NCBI GenBank assembly: GCA_017508065.1
Contig: JAFVZR010000112.1
Span: 1 to 52,313, forward strand
Origin: Candidatus Methanomethylophilaceae archaeon
GTDB taxonomy: Archaea > Thermoplasmatota > Thermoplasmata > Methanomassiliicoccales > Methanomethylophilaceae
Reading direction: 5' to 3'
DNA length: 52,313 nt
Below the pieces are notes generated by a model. It was not told the DNA's origin. It made no database searches and saw nothing but the letters and a program-made list of their open reading frames with translations. Of the stretch, positions 35,376 to 44,782 are shown in pieces. The translations under genes were made by a program, and so were the position numbers. How positions within the stretch are numbered: position 1 is the first letter of the stretch; every line of letters begins with the position of its first letter.

Positions 35376-36374
35376 ATGGCATCCATGAAGATTTATCACG
35401 ATTCGGATGTGGACATCAATGTCCTCAAGGGCAAGAAGATCGCAGTCCTCGGATATGGGGCACAGGGAAGGGCACAGGCCCTTTGTTTCAACGATTCTGG
35501 ACTCGACGTCACCGTTGGAGCCAGGAAGGACGGAAAGTCCTGGAACAAGGTCAAAGAGGACGGACTCAAGGTCGCAGAGATCCCTGATGCGGTCAAAGAC
35601 GCGGATGTCGTCATGATGCTCCTCCCCGATGAGGTCCAGCCCGACATTTACAAGGACATGGTCGCACCCAACCTCAAGAAGGGCGCAGCACTCGAGTTCG
35701 CACACGGATTCGCAATCACCTTCAACCTCATCCAGCCTCCAGAGGACGTCGATGTCATCATGATGGCACCCAAGGCTCCCGGAGACATGGAGAGGCTCGT
35801 TTTCCTTGAGGGATTCGGAGTTCCCGCACTCGTCTGTGTCCACCAGGACTACACTGGAAACGCGAAGAACATCGCACTCGCACTTGCAAAGGGACTTGGT
35901 TCCACCAGGGCAGGAGTCTTCGAGACTACCTTCGATTTCGAGACCAAGACCGACCTCTTCGGAGAGCAGGCCGTCCTTTGCGGAGGACTCACCGCAATGA
36001 TCAAGGCAGGTTTCCAGACCCTTGTCGATGCAGGTTACCCTCCTCAGATGGCATACTTCGAGGTCCTTCACGAGACCAAGCTCATCACCGACCTCATCAA
36101 CGTCGGAGGATTCGAGAAGATGTGGTACGTGGTCTCCAACACCGCAGAGTATGGTGGACTCACCAGAAGGGACCGTGTCATCACCTCCGAGTCCATGGCA
36201 GGAATGAAGTCCATTCTTGACGACATCGAGACCGGAAAGTTCAAGGACGAGTGGAGAGCGGACTGGAACAACGGTCTGAAAGACCTCAAGGCACTGGAGA
36301 AGAAGGATTCTGAACTTCAGATTGAGGTAGTCGGAAAGGAGATCAGGGCTCTCTTCGAGAGGAAGAAACAGTAA
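35376..36374 (+). CDS. ilvC: Ketol-acid reductoisomerase (class I)
   Basis: The motifs 'KKIAVLGYGAQGRAQA', 'MMAPKAPG' and 'DLFGEQAVLCGG' are present. Confidence 0.95.
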   Translation: MASMKIYHDSDVDINVLKGKKIAVLGYGAQGRAQALCFNDSGLDVTVGARKDGKSWNKVKEDGLKVAEIPDAVKDADVVMMLLPDEVQPDIYKDMVAPNLKKGAALEFAHGFAITFNLIQPPEDVDVIMMAPKAPGDMERLVFLEGFGVPALVCVHQDYTGNAKNIALALAKGLGSTRAGVFETTFDFETKTDLFGEQAVLCGGLTAMIKAGFQTLVDAGYPPQMAYFEVLHETKLITDLINVGGFEKMWYVVSNTAEYGGLTRRDRVITSESMAGMKSILDDIETGKFKDEWRADWNNGLKDLKALEKKDSELQIEVVGKEIRALFERKKQ

Positions 36375-36394
36375 ACAAGACAGAAGGTGTCGGA

Positions 36395-36775
36395 ATGAGC
36401 AAGATAACTATCAGAACCTGGAATGGTGGAGAGTTCCTCGCGGAGCTCGACAACAATCTCATGTCCGACACCATCTGGCTCTCTTTACCGAAGAAGTATT
36501 TCATCAACATGCTCGGTTCGATGATATACTTCGAGTGCCCTCTGGATTGCCCTATCGAGGGCGAGGAGGTCACACAGCTCGAGAAGGGGGACATAGCCTA
36601 TTGGCCCAAAGCGAACGCGCTCTGCATCTTCTTTGGACCCACCCCTCTCAGCAAGGATGACGGAAGGCCCGTCTCCCCATACCCTGTCATCAGATTGGGG
36701 CGTCTTCTGGGAGACTACTCTGCACTAGAGGATGCCGGGGATCGCCAGTCGATCAGGATCGAAAGGGCATTCTGA
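36395..36775 (+). CDS. Cyclophilin-like superfamily protein (TM1367-like)
   Basis: The ~125-aa size and the motifs 'GDIAYWPKANALCIFFGPTP' and 'PVIRLGRL' match the cyclophilin-like small-protein family. Confidence 0.6.
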   Translation: MSKITIRTWNGGEFLAELDNNLMSDTIWLSLPKKYFINMLGSMIYFECPLDCPIEGEEVTQLEKGDIAYWPKANALCIFFGPTPLSKDDGRPVSPYPVIRLGRLLGDYSALEDAGDRQSIRIERAF

Positions 36776-36776
36776 G

Positions 36777-37871
36777 TCAGACCACTGTGTACGAGTGGTC
36801 ATAATCCGTGAGGAGACGGTATCCGTCCTCTGTGATCAGGACCGTATCCTCTATCCTTATTCCACCGACGCCTGGGATGTATACCCCCGGTTCTGCAGAT
36901 ACGACGTTTCCTGCGCGCAACTTCTGCTGGGATTTTGGAGACACGTATATCGCTTCATGGATGTTCATTCCGATTCCATGTCCGAAGGAATGGATGAAGC
37001 GGCCCTTGAATTCGGATTCCTCTATCACCTTTCTTGCGGCAAGGTCTGGTGCCGAAGCATCCGCCCCATCCTTCATCTCGGAGAGACCTGCCAACTGTGC
37101 CAGTCTTACGACCTCGTATGCTCTTTTGAGTACGGGGTCAGGTTCGCCTAGGAATATGGTCCTAGTAAGGTCGGAACAATACCTTTCATACTTGGAACCG
37201 AAATCGAACAATGCGGCATCACCTTTTTTCAACGCATAATCCGCAGGACTGTAATGCGGTTCGGACGAGTGTGCACCGAACGCGGCTATGGTGTCGAACG
37301 CCAATCCTGTTCCGCCAAGACGGAGCATACGTATGCCCATCTCGGATGCGACATCCCTCTCCGTTGCCCCCTCGTGGATCATGTCCGGAAGTTCGTTGGC
37401 TACGGTCGATGAGATCCTACAGGCCTTCTCGATGAGTTCGATCTCCTTCTCATCCTTTATCGCGATGGTGTCCGCAATGATCTTCGTGGCATCGACTATG
37501 GACACATCGGGTTCCAGGAACGACTTCATCCATTCGACGGATCCATACGCGGTCGATGAGAAGTTCACACCGATCTTCCTGCATCCTTTCAGAACATCCT
37601 GCATCTGTTGTTTGCGTTCGGAGTCCGTGTTGTACACATGGACCTCCCCACTGGACGATCTGGCGGTCTCCTCCTCGAGGATGGATACGAAGGTGTGCAA
37701 TGAGCCGTCCGAAGTGACGACAGCGCGTGCACCTTCAAAAGTACCGGATGTACTGCCGGTAAGATACCAATATGTGGTATCGAGGAAAGGTTCACTCGCA
37801 TTCATGACGACAACGGCATCTACGCCATCGGCGAAGTTCTGCGCAAGTCTTTCGGCGCGGGAGCTCATCAT
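36777..37871 (-). CDS. M24-family Xaa-Pro aminopeptidase/dipeptidase
   Basis: The metal-ligand motifs 'FDFGSKYERYCSDLTRT', 'HSFGHGIGMNIHE' and 'AEPGVY...GIRIEDT' are present. Confidence 0.88.
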   Translation of the reverse strand: MMSSRAERLAQNFADGVDAVVVMNASEPFLDTTYWYLTGSTSGTFEGARAVVTSDGSLHTFVSILEEETARSSSGEVHVYNTDSERKQQMQDVLKGCRKIGVNFSSTAYGSVEWMKSFLEPDVSIVDATKIIADTIAIKDEKEIELIEKACRISSTVANELPDMIHEGATERDVASEMGIRMLRLGGTGLAFDTIAAFGAHSSEPHYSPADYALKKGDAALFDFGSKYERYCSDLTRTIFLGEPDPVLKRAYEVVRLAQLAGLSEMKDGADASAPDLAARKVIEESEFKGRFIHSFGHGIGMNIHEAIYVSPKSQQKLRAGNVVSAEPGVYIPGVGGIRIEDTVLITEDGYRLLTDYDHSYTVV

Positions 37872-37914
37872 GATACGGTGAACACAGACCTCGAATTTAG
37901 TGTTTACAACCTAC

Positions 37915-38721
37915 TCATATTCCGATCCATTCCTTTCTGACGATCCTCTTCAGTGCGGAGATCGCGGAAAGGGATGCGAGATAGGAGGTCTTGGGGTTAT
38001 CGGGGGAAGGAACGTTGTAGGTGTGACAGTTCATCTCTCCGAATGCTCCCTTGATGATGAGTTCGTGGGAGTTGCTCTTGGCATTGGGGTCCACGACGAT
38101 TGTGACCTTGGTCTTGTCGAATCCCACTCCGAGGAGACTGACGGTAGCTGCGACGTTGATGTTCTTGGGGAACTTCTGGACCGCCTCCCTTGCGGTTCCG
38201 GAGAAGATGACGGTGGGCTCCTTGAGGGAGTCCACATCGATTCCCTGTTCCTCGATGAATTTGACCTTGCTGAGGGACTTGGGTCCTTTCTTGGTGATGA
38301 GTTCCACCTCATAGAGCTCGTCGACACTTGCCGCCCTGAGTCCGTCGGTACCTGCGAGTGCACCGGAGGGGATGAAGACCCTGGCATCGGTCTGTCTGGC
38401 CTTCTCGAAGACCATCTCTCTGTATTCGTCATCGACGAATGCACCGACGGAGAGGACCATGACGTCGACTCCGCGGCTGACGGTCTTGTATGCGATGTCG
38501 GTGGCAGCACTCTGTGATGCAGCCTCGATGACGAGGTCACAGTGATACAGTTCGTCCTCGACCGAGTCCACGACGATTGCCTTGTTGAGTTTGGATGCAA
38601 GTTCCTCCGCAAGAGGCTTGACGACATCTATGAGATATATCCTCTTGACGTCATCCATGGCGTCTGCGGCCATGGCCAGTTGTGTACCGATGGATCCGCA
38701 ACCTACGATAGTTATGCGCAT
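37915..38721 (-). CDS. nadX: L-aspartate dehydrogenase
   Basis: The motifs 'MRITIVGCGSIGTQLA', 'SVGAF' and 'IPSGALAGTDGLRAA' are present. The 455-aa track ORF extends antisense through the archease gene, so I trimmed it to the ATG at 38721. Confidence 0.8.
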   Translation of the reverse strand: MRITIVGCGSIGTQLAMAADAMDDVKRIYLIDVVKPLAEELASKLNKAIVVDSVEDELYHCDLVIEAASQSAATDIAYKTVSRGVDVMVLSVGAFVDDEYREMVFEKARQTDARVFIPSGALAGTDGLRAASVDELYEVELITKKGPKSLSKVKFIEEQGIDVDSLKEPTVIFSGTAREAVQKFPKNINVAATVSLLGVGFDKTKVTIVVDPNAKSNSHELIIKGAFGEMNCHTYNVPSPDNPKTSYLASLSAISALKRIVRKEWIGI

Positions 38722-38838
38722 ATCCTCGATAACCGCGTTTTCATTAATTATTGCTTTGCCAAACGGCTTCTCAACGTTGCCCATACGTAATGCGGAGATC
38801 CTGCCAAATCCTATATGGGTCATTGCATATCCATGCCC

Positions 38839-39243
38839 ATGCGCTATGAGTTGCTCGAGCACACGGCGGACGTGATGGTCCGGTGCAGGGGAAAGACTCT
38901 TGAGGAATGTTTCGAGAATGCAGCGTACGCTCTCTCTGATCAGACCGTGGACCCCGAGTCCGTGGATAGGAAGGTAGAGGTCCCGATAGAGGTGTCGGGG
39001 GAGGATGATGAGACCAGATTGTACAATTTCCTTTCGGAGGTCCTCTTCATCGAGGAAGCCGAGGTCTTCGCATTCTCTGATTTCAAGGTGAGCATCGATG
39101 GTGAGAAAGTTTCTGCAATCGGATGGGGTGAGCCGTTGGACCTTGGAAAACATCACCCTAAGACGGAGGTCAAGGCCATAACCTATCACATGATGCACGT
39201 CGACCCATCTGTACCAGAATTGGTGGTAGTGTTCGACGTATAG
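38839..39243 (+). CDS. Archease (RtcB/tRNA-ligase cofactor)
   Basis: The N-terminus is 'MRYELLEHTADVMVRCRGKTLEECFENAAYAL' and the C-terminus carries 'VKAITYHMMHV'. ATGs at 38833 and 38815 are alternative starts. Confidence 0.88.
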   Translation: MRYELLEHTADVMVRCRGKTLEECFENAAYALSDQTVDPESVDRKVEVPIEVSGEDDETRLYNFLSEVLFIEEAEVFAFSDFKVSIDGEKVSAIGWGEPLDLGKHHPKTEVKAITYHMMHVDPSVPELVVVFDV

Positions 39244-39294
39244 GTCAACTGCCAAATATGGCCTAGTCATATCCACATCCATAGAGGTGCATAC

Positions 39295-40116
39295 ATGCTG
39301 AAACTTGGTTGGTTCTCAACAGGAAGAGGTCCCGGTTCGAGGAATCTCCTTCGTACGGTCATGGAAGAGAAGGAGAAGGGACTCGACATCGATATCGCAT
39401 TCGTGTTCTGTAACTGGGACAATGATGAGGAATCCAATCCGAAGAAAGAACAGCGTGAGATCTTCTTCGACATGGTGAAAGGATACGGTATCCCATTGAT
39501 CACAAAGTCCTGGAAGAAGTTCAGACCCGACCTCTGGGACTCCGATCAGAAAGCTTGGAGGGACGAGTATGGGAAGGAATTGAGGAGGCTCACCTCCGAG
39601 TATGACATGGACCTCGGAATCCTCGCAGGGTACATGTTGTGGATGGATGACGAGACCTGCGAACAATACGATATGCTCAACCTCCATCCTGCCCTTCCCG
39701 ACGGCCCCAAGGGTACGTGGCAGGAAGTCATCTGGCAACTCATCAGGGAGGATGCCGATGAACAGGGCGCCATGCTTCACATCTGTACCCCTGAGTGGGA
39801 CCGTGGTGCGCCCCTCACATACTGTAAGTTCTCGATCCGCGGGGACGGTTATGACGACCTCTGGAACGATATGAAGAGGAAGATCTCCGAGTCCAGTCTT
39901 GAGGACGTTATCGCCAAGGAGGGTGCCAACGAACCACTCTTCAAGAAGATAAGGGAGGATGGTGCCAAACGCGAACTCCCTCTGATCGTTGAGACCATCA
40001 GGAAGTTCGCCGAAGGTACTGTCTGCATCAGGGATAAGCAGTTGGTCGTTGATGGAAATAAATTGGAGTCCGCGTTCGACATATCGGAGAACGTTGACGG
40101 TTCACTTGGTGTTTAA
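39295..40116 (+). CDS. purN: Formyltransferase-domain protein (PurN-like GAR transformylase) with a C-terminal extension
   Basis: 'LGWFSTGRGPGSRNL' lies at the N-terminus. 'LGILAGYMLWM' and 'LNLHPALPDGPKG' represent the catalytic N/H motif region. Confidence 0.7.
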   Translation: MLKLGWFSTGRGPGSRNLLRTVMEEKEKGLDIDIAFVFCNWDNDEESNPKKEQREIFFDMVKGYGIPLITKSWKKFRPDLWDSDQKAWRDEYGKELRRLTSEYDMDLGILAGYMLWMDDETCEQYDMLNLHPALPDGPKGTWQEVIWQLIREDADEQGAMLHICTPEWDRGAPLTYCKFSIRGDGYDDLWNDMKRKISESSLEDVIAKEGANEPLFKKIREDGAKRELPLIVETIRKFAEGTVCIRDKQLVVDGNKLESAFDISENVDGSLGV

Positions 40117-40118
40117 GG

Positions 40119-41219
40119 ATGGAATACGACCATATGGCAGAGCTCGGTTTCGCCGAGGAGACCCAATTCATATGCTCGGATCACGTGTTCCTCACACGTT
40201 CGAATCATGTGAGGGATCTTTGTGCCAGATATGTGAAGAATGGTGGAAGGCTATACGATGTGCTTTCCAGGTACGATTCTTTGACGATATATGCACTTGG
40301 CAGAGAATCCGCGAACGCTGGATCTGTTAACAGACTCGTCATCCCGTTCCTCAAGGCAGGGGGGATCACAGACGAGGCCGCGTACAACTTCTGCAGTACC
40401 ACGTCCGTGCTCATGCCGGACGCAGACAGGGTCCTCAGGTACATAGCCAGTCAGATGCCTGCGTTCATTTCGTCCGAATCATACGAACACCATCTCATGA
40501 GTCTTGGGGAGAGCATGGACTTCCCCCTGTCGAACATAAGTTGCAACCTGTTCTCCTTCGATTCGATAAAGCTCAGCAGGCCCGATGCGAAGGCTATCAG
40601 AGGTATCGCATCCACCATCATCAACGCTAGGCTCACCGACGAGATGTATTCAGTGACCCAGAGCCCCTATCTCAACAAGTTCGATTCCAAATTGGTGGAC
40701 ATGGTCGATGACGAGTACATCAAGAAGACCGCCAAGATGGAATTCAACGATCAACTCAGGAAGGACATAAGGATCGCCGGAAACGAGAAGGCGTATGCCA
40801 TCCTGGAACTATGTAGGAAGAAGGAGATCGAGATGGGTGCGACGATCGTCGTCGGTTCCGATGAGTCCGATTACCCAGCTCTGGATCTCGTGCGTGACAG
40901 CGATGGTCTCGCATTGGCATTCAACGGTACGGAGTATGCTGTCAGAGGTTCCAACGTCGCTATCATCGATGAGAACCCGATCACCGTCGCGGTGCTTTCC
41001 ATGGAGTTCTACAATGGTGGCATAGAGTCCGTCTACAACATGATCGATCATTGGACCATCGAGGAGCTTAGGGATCATCCATGTGCTGACAGGAATCTGA
41101 TGAACATGTTCTTGGCACAGTTCCCGGAGAGGCTTCCAGAGGTCTATAAGGTCGACGATGACAATCTCAAGGATGTCACGGTGAAGAGCGCAGCCTTCAG
41201 AAAACGCATACTTGTTTGA
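40119..41219 (+). CDS. Hypothetical protein, possibly a degenerate HAD-like fold
   Basis: The 366-aa ORF starts 2 nt after the purN-like gene. 'VVGSDESDYPALDLV...GLALAFNGTEYAV' resembles HAD motif III. No clear DxD nucleophile motif is visible. Confidence 0.5.
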   Translation: MEYDHMAELGFAEETQFICSDHVFLTRSNHVRDLCARYVKNGGRLYDVLSRYDSLTIYALGRESANAGSVNRLVIPFLKAGGITDEAAYNFCSTTSVLMPDADRVLRYIASQMPAFISSESYEHHLMSLGESMDFPLSNISCNLFSFDSIKLSRPDAKAIRGIASTIINARLTDEMYSVTQSPYLNKFDSKLVDMVDDEYIKKTAKMEFNDQLRKDIRIAGNEKAYAILELCRKKEIEMGATIVVGSDESDYPALDLVRDSDGLALAFNGTEYAVRGSNVAIIDENPITVAVLSMEFYNGGIESVYNMIDHWTIEELRDHPCADRNLMNMFLAQFPERLPEVYKVDDDNLKDVTVKSAAFRKRILV

Positions 41220-41238
41220 TAGTTGTGTAAAATGTGAG

Positions 41239-41311
41239 TGCTCATGCCGGGATTCGAACCCGGGTGTCGGCCTCGAAAGGGCCGAATGATTGGCCGCTAC
41301 ACTACATGAGC
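41239..41311 (-). tRNA. tRNA-Glu (anticodon TTC), CCA not encoded
   Basis: The reverse complement reads GCTCATG-TA-GTGTAGCGGCCAATCAT-T-CGGCC-CTTTCGA-GGCCG-ACAC-CCGGG-TTCGAAT-CCCGG-CATGAGC-A. Confidence 0.9.
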
Positions 41312-41540
41312 AGTAAGACTGCGTAGTAATAACTCTTTAAAAATACTTTCGTCAGGAACGCGTCCAATTTCCCAGATTTTATCGACATTTTGTCATGGAT
41401 TCCGTCTTTCGGTGGCATTCTGGCTATGAGGGGGCATCATCGCTCCGGAAATATGGCCGGTCCATATGCGCCCCCATATATTATCGGGCGCGAGTTTATT
41501 ATATAGGGAGGCAATCGTCCGAGATACTAGGAGTGCTATT

Positions 41541-41870
41541 ATGACAGACAATGAGCCTATGGAGAGTACGGAAGAGGACGTAACCCGTGTACGTCTGCCG
41601 AACATCAAAGAGAACGAGATGTTCGGAATCGCAGATCAGCTTCTCGGAGCATCTAAGATCAGGGTCATGTGCGAGGACGGTCAGTCCCGTATGGGAAGGA
41701 TCCCCGGCAAGATCAAGAAGAGGATGTGGATCAGAGAGGGCGACCTGCTCATCATTTCGATTTGGGATTTCCAGCCTGACAAGTGTGACGTCAGGTTCAG
41801 ATACACCAAGACTCAGGCATCCAACCTCAGTAAGAGGAACAAGATCCCCAAGAATCTGGATATCTTCTGA
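41541..41870 (+). CDS. eif1a: Translation initiation factor aIF-1A
   Basis: The S1-like OB pattern is 'MFGIADQLLGASKIRVMCEDGQSRMGRIPGKIKKRMWIREGDLLIIS'. The ATG at 41541 is preceded by AGGAGTG. The track extension was rejected. Confidence 0.92.
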   Translation: MTDNEPMESTEEDVTRVRLPNIKENEMFGIADQLLGASKIRVMCEDGQSRMGRIPGKIKKRMWIREGDLLIISIWDFQPDKCDVRFRYTKTQASNLSKRNKIPKNLDIF

Positions 41871-41906
41871 TAAGTTCGAGGCGGGCGCTTGGTATCCTAC
41901 GACGAG

Positions 41907-42692
41907 ATGTTCGCACATGTCGAGAGACATGTGGATGCACTGAAGACGAACAAGACTGGTGATGAACGTCAGACCGATGCGGAGGTCTTCGATAGACAGA
42001 CGCTGATGCTCATCTATGATTTCATGACCAGTGGGCTGATCGACACCATCCATTACCCGGTTTCCACCGGTAAGGAGGGAAATGTGTTCTACGCTACCGA
42101 CGAGGATGGCGAACCGATTGCCCTGAAAATCTTCAGAACGAGCACGTCCACTTTCAAAAGAGTCTCCAAATACATCGAAGGCGACCCCCGTTTCAAGGGA
42201 CTTACTGGAAACCGCAGGAAGATCATCTATGCGTGGACCAATAAGGAGTACAGGAACCTTCAGAGGTATTACGAGGCGGAACTCCCCGTTCCCGAACCCA
42301 TCGCATTCAGGAAGAACTGTCTGCTGATGGAGTACATAGGGGATGAGGACGGCCCCGCTCCGCAACTCAAGGATGTGGTACTGGAGGATCCGACCGATAC
42401 GTACGATGAGGTCATATCTTTCATCATCGACGGTTTCAAGGATGCGCATCTGGTCCATGGGGATCTGAGCGAGTACAATATCCTGTACTGGGATGGCGAA
42501 CCCATCGTCATCGATTGCGGTCAGGCGATGACTGCGGACCATTTCAACGCCAAGGAGTATCTGCTCAGGGATATCAACAACATCAACAGGTTCTTCAAGA
42601 ACCGTGGGGCCGATATCATCGACCCTCAGAAGATCCTTGAAGAAGCCTATTCAGAAGACGACGATAACGACGAAGAGGAGGAAGAGGAATGA
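41907..42692 (+). CDS. rio1: RIO-type serine/threonine kinase Rio1
   Basis: The motifs 'STGKEGNVFYA', 'ALKIFR', 'LVHGDLSEYNIL' and 'VIDCGQA' are present, and the tail is acidic. The track start at 41889 is a TTG. Confidence 0.9.
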   Translation: MFAHVERHVDALKTNKTGDERQTDAEVFDRQTLMLIYDFMTSGLIDTIHYPVSTGKEGNVFYATDEDGEPIALKIFRTSTSTFKRVSKYIEGDPRFKGLTGNRRKIIYAWTNKEYRNLQRYYEAELPVPEPIAFRKNCLLMEYIGDEDGPAPQLKDVVLEDPTDTYDEVISFIIDGFKDAHLVHGDLSEYNILYWDGEPIVIDCGQAMTADHFNAKEYLLRDINNINRFFKNRGADIIDPQKILEEAYSEDDDNDEEEEEE

Positions 42693-43237
42693 GGTCAATC
42701 AGGATACCCCAGGACAGGATCGGTGCGATCATCGGTCCCAAGGGTTCGACCAAAAGGATGATCCAGAAGATCTCTGGGATCACCATCGATATCGATAACG
42801 AGGAAGGAGAGGTCTTCATCCATGACGAGAAGGAGACTGCTGACCCTCTCATGGCATTGAAGATCATGGATGTGATCAAGGCCATCGGAAGGGGTTTTGC
42901 ACCTGATAAGGCACAGAGACTCTTCCAAGATGACGAGTATCTCGAGATTGTGGATCTCAAGGAATTCGTCGGAAGCAGAAAGAATCAGCTTACCAGGATA
43001 AGGGGTAGACTCATCGGACAGAATGGAAAGACCCGTAGGATCATCGAGGACCTCACTGGTTGTGAGATGGTCATCTACGGTGATACCGTGTCCCTTATCG
43101 GAACCTCCATCAGCCTCCCCGTAGCGAAGCATGCCATCGAGCTCATCCTCAACGGAAGCGAGCACGCAACCGTGTACCATTACCTTGAGAGTGAAAGACC
43201 CAGACTCAGAATCGCTGAGATGGGATTCGACCTTTGA
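42689..43237 (+). CDS. KH-domain RNA-binding protein (Dim2/Pno1-like)
   Basis: There are two KH motifs, 'IGAIIGPKGSTKRMI' and 'GRLIGQNGKTRRIIE'. The start overlaps rio1 as ATGA. The aIF1A-Rio1-KH neighbourhood is conserved in archaea. Confidence 0.88.
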   Translation: MRSIRIPQDRIGAIIGPKGSTKRMIQKISGITIDIDNEEGEVFIHDEKETADPLMALKIMDVIKAIGRGFAPDKAQRLFQDDEYLEIVDLKEFVGSRKNQLTRIRGRLIGQNGKTRRIIEDLTGCEMVIYGDTVSLIGTSISLPVAKHAIELILNGSEHATVYHYLESERPRLRIAEMGFDL

Positions 43238-43246
43238 GTGATTTCC

Positions 43247-44476
43247 ATGGAACAGTGGATCTCTGAAAACATCGACAAGATGGAGGCCGTTGCACGCGAG
43301 GGTATCTGTGACAGATGCCTCGGAAGGATGTTCGGAAAACTTTCCACAGGGATGACGAACGATATCCGTGGATCGATGATCCGTGATGCCCTCAAAGAGA
43401 ACGGTGCGGATGTTCCAGCACCCGACGAATGTCCCCTCTGCGATGATGTGTTCGATTCCTTGGACATATTCGCCGAAGCGGTCGCGGAGAAGGTCGTGGA
43501 CGTCGAATCGGATAACTTCCTGGTAGGATGCAGGGTAGATCCAGCAATGCTGAAGATGGAGAAGGATATCATCGAGCGTCACAACCTCGATAGGTTCGAG
43601 TCCATCAAGACCGAGCTCAACAGGGAGATCGGAAAGGTGGCGTTGCCCATGATCCACAGGCCTGTGGAGTTCAAGAACCCGCAGTGCGTAGCATGCGTGG
43701 ACGTGAGGTTCGCGGACGTGACTCTGGACCTCTCCCCTGTATTCATCAAAGGAAGATATACCAAGCTCAGCAGGGAGATCCCTCAGACCATCTGGCCATG
43801 CAGGATGTGTCATGGAAAGGGCTGTCCCAGATGCAACGGTACCGGAAAGATGTACCAGACATCCGTTCAGGAGATCATAGGCGACATAGCATTGGAGATG
43901 TGCCAGGGTAACGAACACTTCTTCCACGGCATGGGTCGTGAGGACATAGATGCACTCTGTCTCGGAGAGGGACGTCCTTTCGTCCTGGAGATCAGTCAGC
44001 CGAAGAGGAGGGACATCGATCTCGACGAGTTGGAGATGTTGGCCAACCAGTCGGATCTGGCACACTATCATGGGCTTCAGTTCACGGAGCGTGCGGAGGT
44101 TCAGCGTACAAAGACCGCTACACCTTCTAAGACATATCGCGTAACTGTAAAAGCTGACAGTAAGGTTAATAAAGAAAGAGTGGTTGAGGTGGCCTTATCG
44201 TTCAAGAACGTGCACCTCAATCAGAGGACTCCGAAAAGGGTCGAGCACAGGCGTGCAGACCTGGTCAGGGACCGGGAGATTCTGTGGGTTGAGGCTGAAG
44301 TCACAGGTGAAGACACCTTCAATCTGACGCTCGAAACGGAATCCGGTACCTATGTTAAGGAATTCGTATCAGGCGATGACGGCAGGTGTACACCAAGCTT
44401 CTCAGAGGCACTGGGAGTCCAGTGCTATGTGCAGACACTTGACGTCATAGCGATCAACAACGAGGGAATGAAATGA
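43247..44476 (+). CDS. pus10: tRNA pseudouridine(54/55) synthase Pus10
   Basis: The N-terminal zinc module is 'CDRCLGRMF...CPLCDD', and a second module is 'CRMCHGKGCPRCNGTG'. The catalytic region carries 'GREDIDA'. A GTG at 43238 is an alternative start. Confidence 0.88.
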   Translation: MEQWISENIDKMEAVAREGICDRCLGRMFGKLSTGMTNDIRGSMIRDALKENGADVPAPDECPLCDDVFDSLDIFAEAVAEKVVDVESDNFLVGCRVDPAMLKMEKDIIERHNLDRFESIKTELNREIGKVALPMIHRPVEFKNPQCVACVDVRFADVTLDLSPVFIKGRYTKLSREIPQTIWPCRMCHGKGCPRCNGTGKMYQTSVQEIIGDIALEMCQGNEHFFHGMGREDIDALCLGEGRPFVLEISQPKRRDIDLDELEMLANQSDLAHYHGLQFTERAEVQRTKTATPSKTYRVTVKADSKVNKERVVEVALSFKNVHLNQRTPKRVEHRRADLVRDREILWVEAEVTGEDTFNLTLETESGTYVKEFVSGDDGRCTPSFSEALGVQCYVQTLDVIAINNEGMK

Positions 44477-44766
44477 AAGCATCCAAAGGAACAAGGACCA
44501 AGACCCGCACACTCCTGCAGAAAAAGCCCAGGGCACGCGGACTCTCGCCCATCACCAGAGGCTTCCAGTGCTTCGAGGATGGAGAGAAGGTCAACATCAT
44601 CATCGACCCCAGCGTGCACAAGGGTATGCCCTTCTCCAGGTTCCACGGCCTTACCGGCGTGGTCATCGGACAGAGGGGAGCTGCATTTGAGGTCAGCGTT
44701 AAAGACGGAAACAAGACTAAGATCGTGGTCGCTCGCCCCGAGCACCTCGTGAAGAGCAAGAGCTGA
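44473..44766 (+). CDS. rpl21e: 50S ribosomal protein eL21 (L21e)
   Basis: The motifs 'SKGTRTKTR' and 'HKGMPFSRFHGLTGVVIGQRG' are present. The start overlaps pus10 as ATGA. Confidence 0.92.
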   Translation: MKASKGTRTKTRTLLQKKPRARGLSPITRGFQCFEDGEKVNIIIDPSVHKGMPFSRFHGLTGVVIGQRGAAFEVSVKDGNKTKIVVARPEHLVKSKS

Positions 44767-44782
44767 ATTGGAGGGAAATCGA

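Noticed and set aside
38722-39282. An N-terminal 187-codon extension of the aspartate dehydrogenase ORF, which makes a 455-aa protein in the track.
   Set aside because: The extension runs antisense through the well-supported archease gene (38839-39243). NadX proteins start with M-x-I-x-I-x-G-C-G, which matches the ATG at 38721.
41312-41540. A 229-nt non-coding stretch between tRNA-Glu and aIF-1A, considered as a possible C/D-box sRNA or other ncRNA. The minus strand has an ATGATGC C-box-like word, and several short palindromes are present.
   Set aside because: The C-box match is imperfect. No D box (CTGA) occurs at the right spacing and no terminal stem is evident. The region also has to house the aIF-1A promoter (TTTATTATATA near 41493-41505). 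The 71-aa ORF at 41393-41608 on the minus strand has no coding features.
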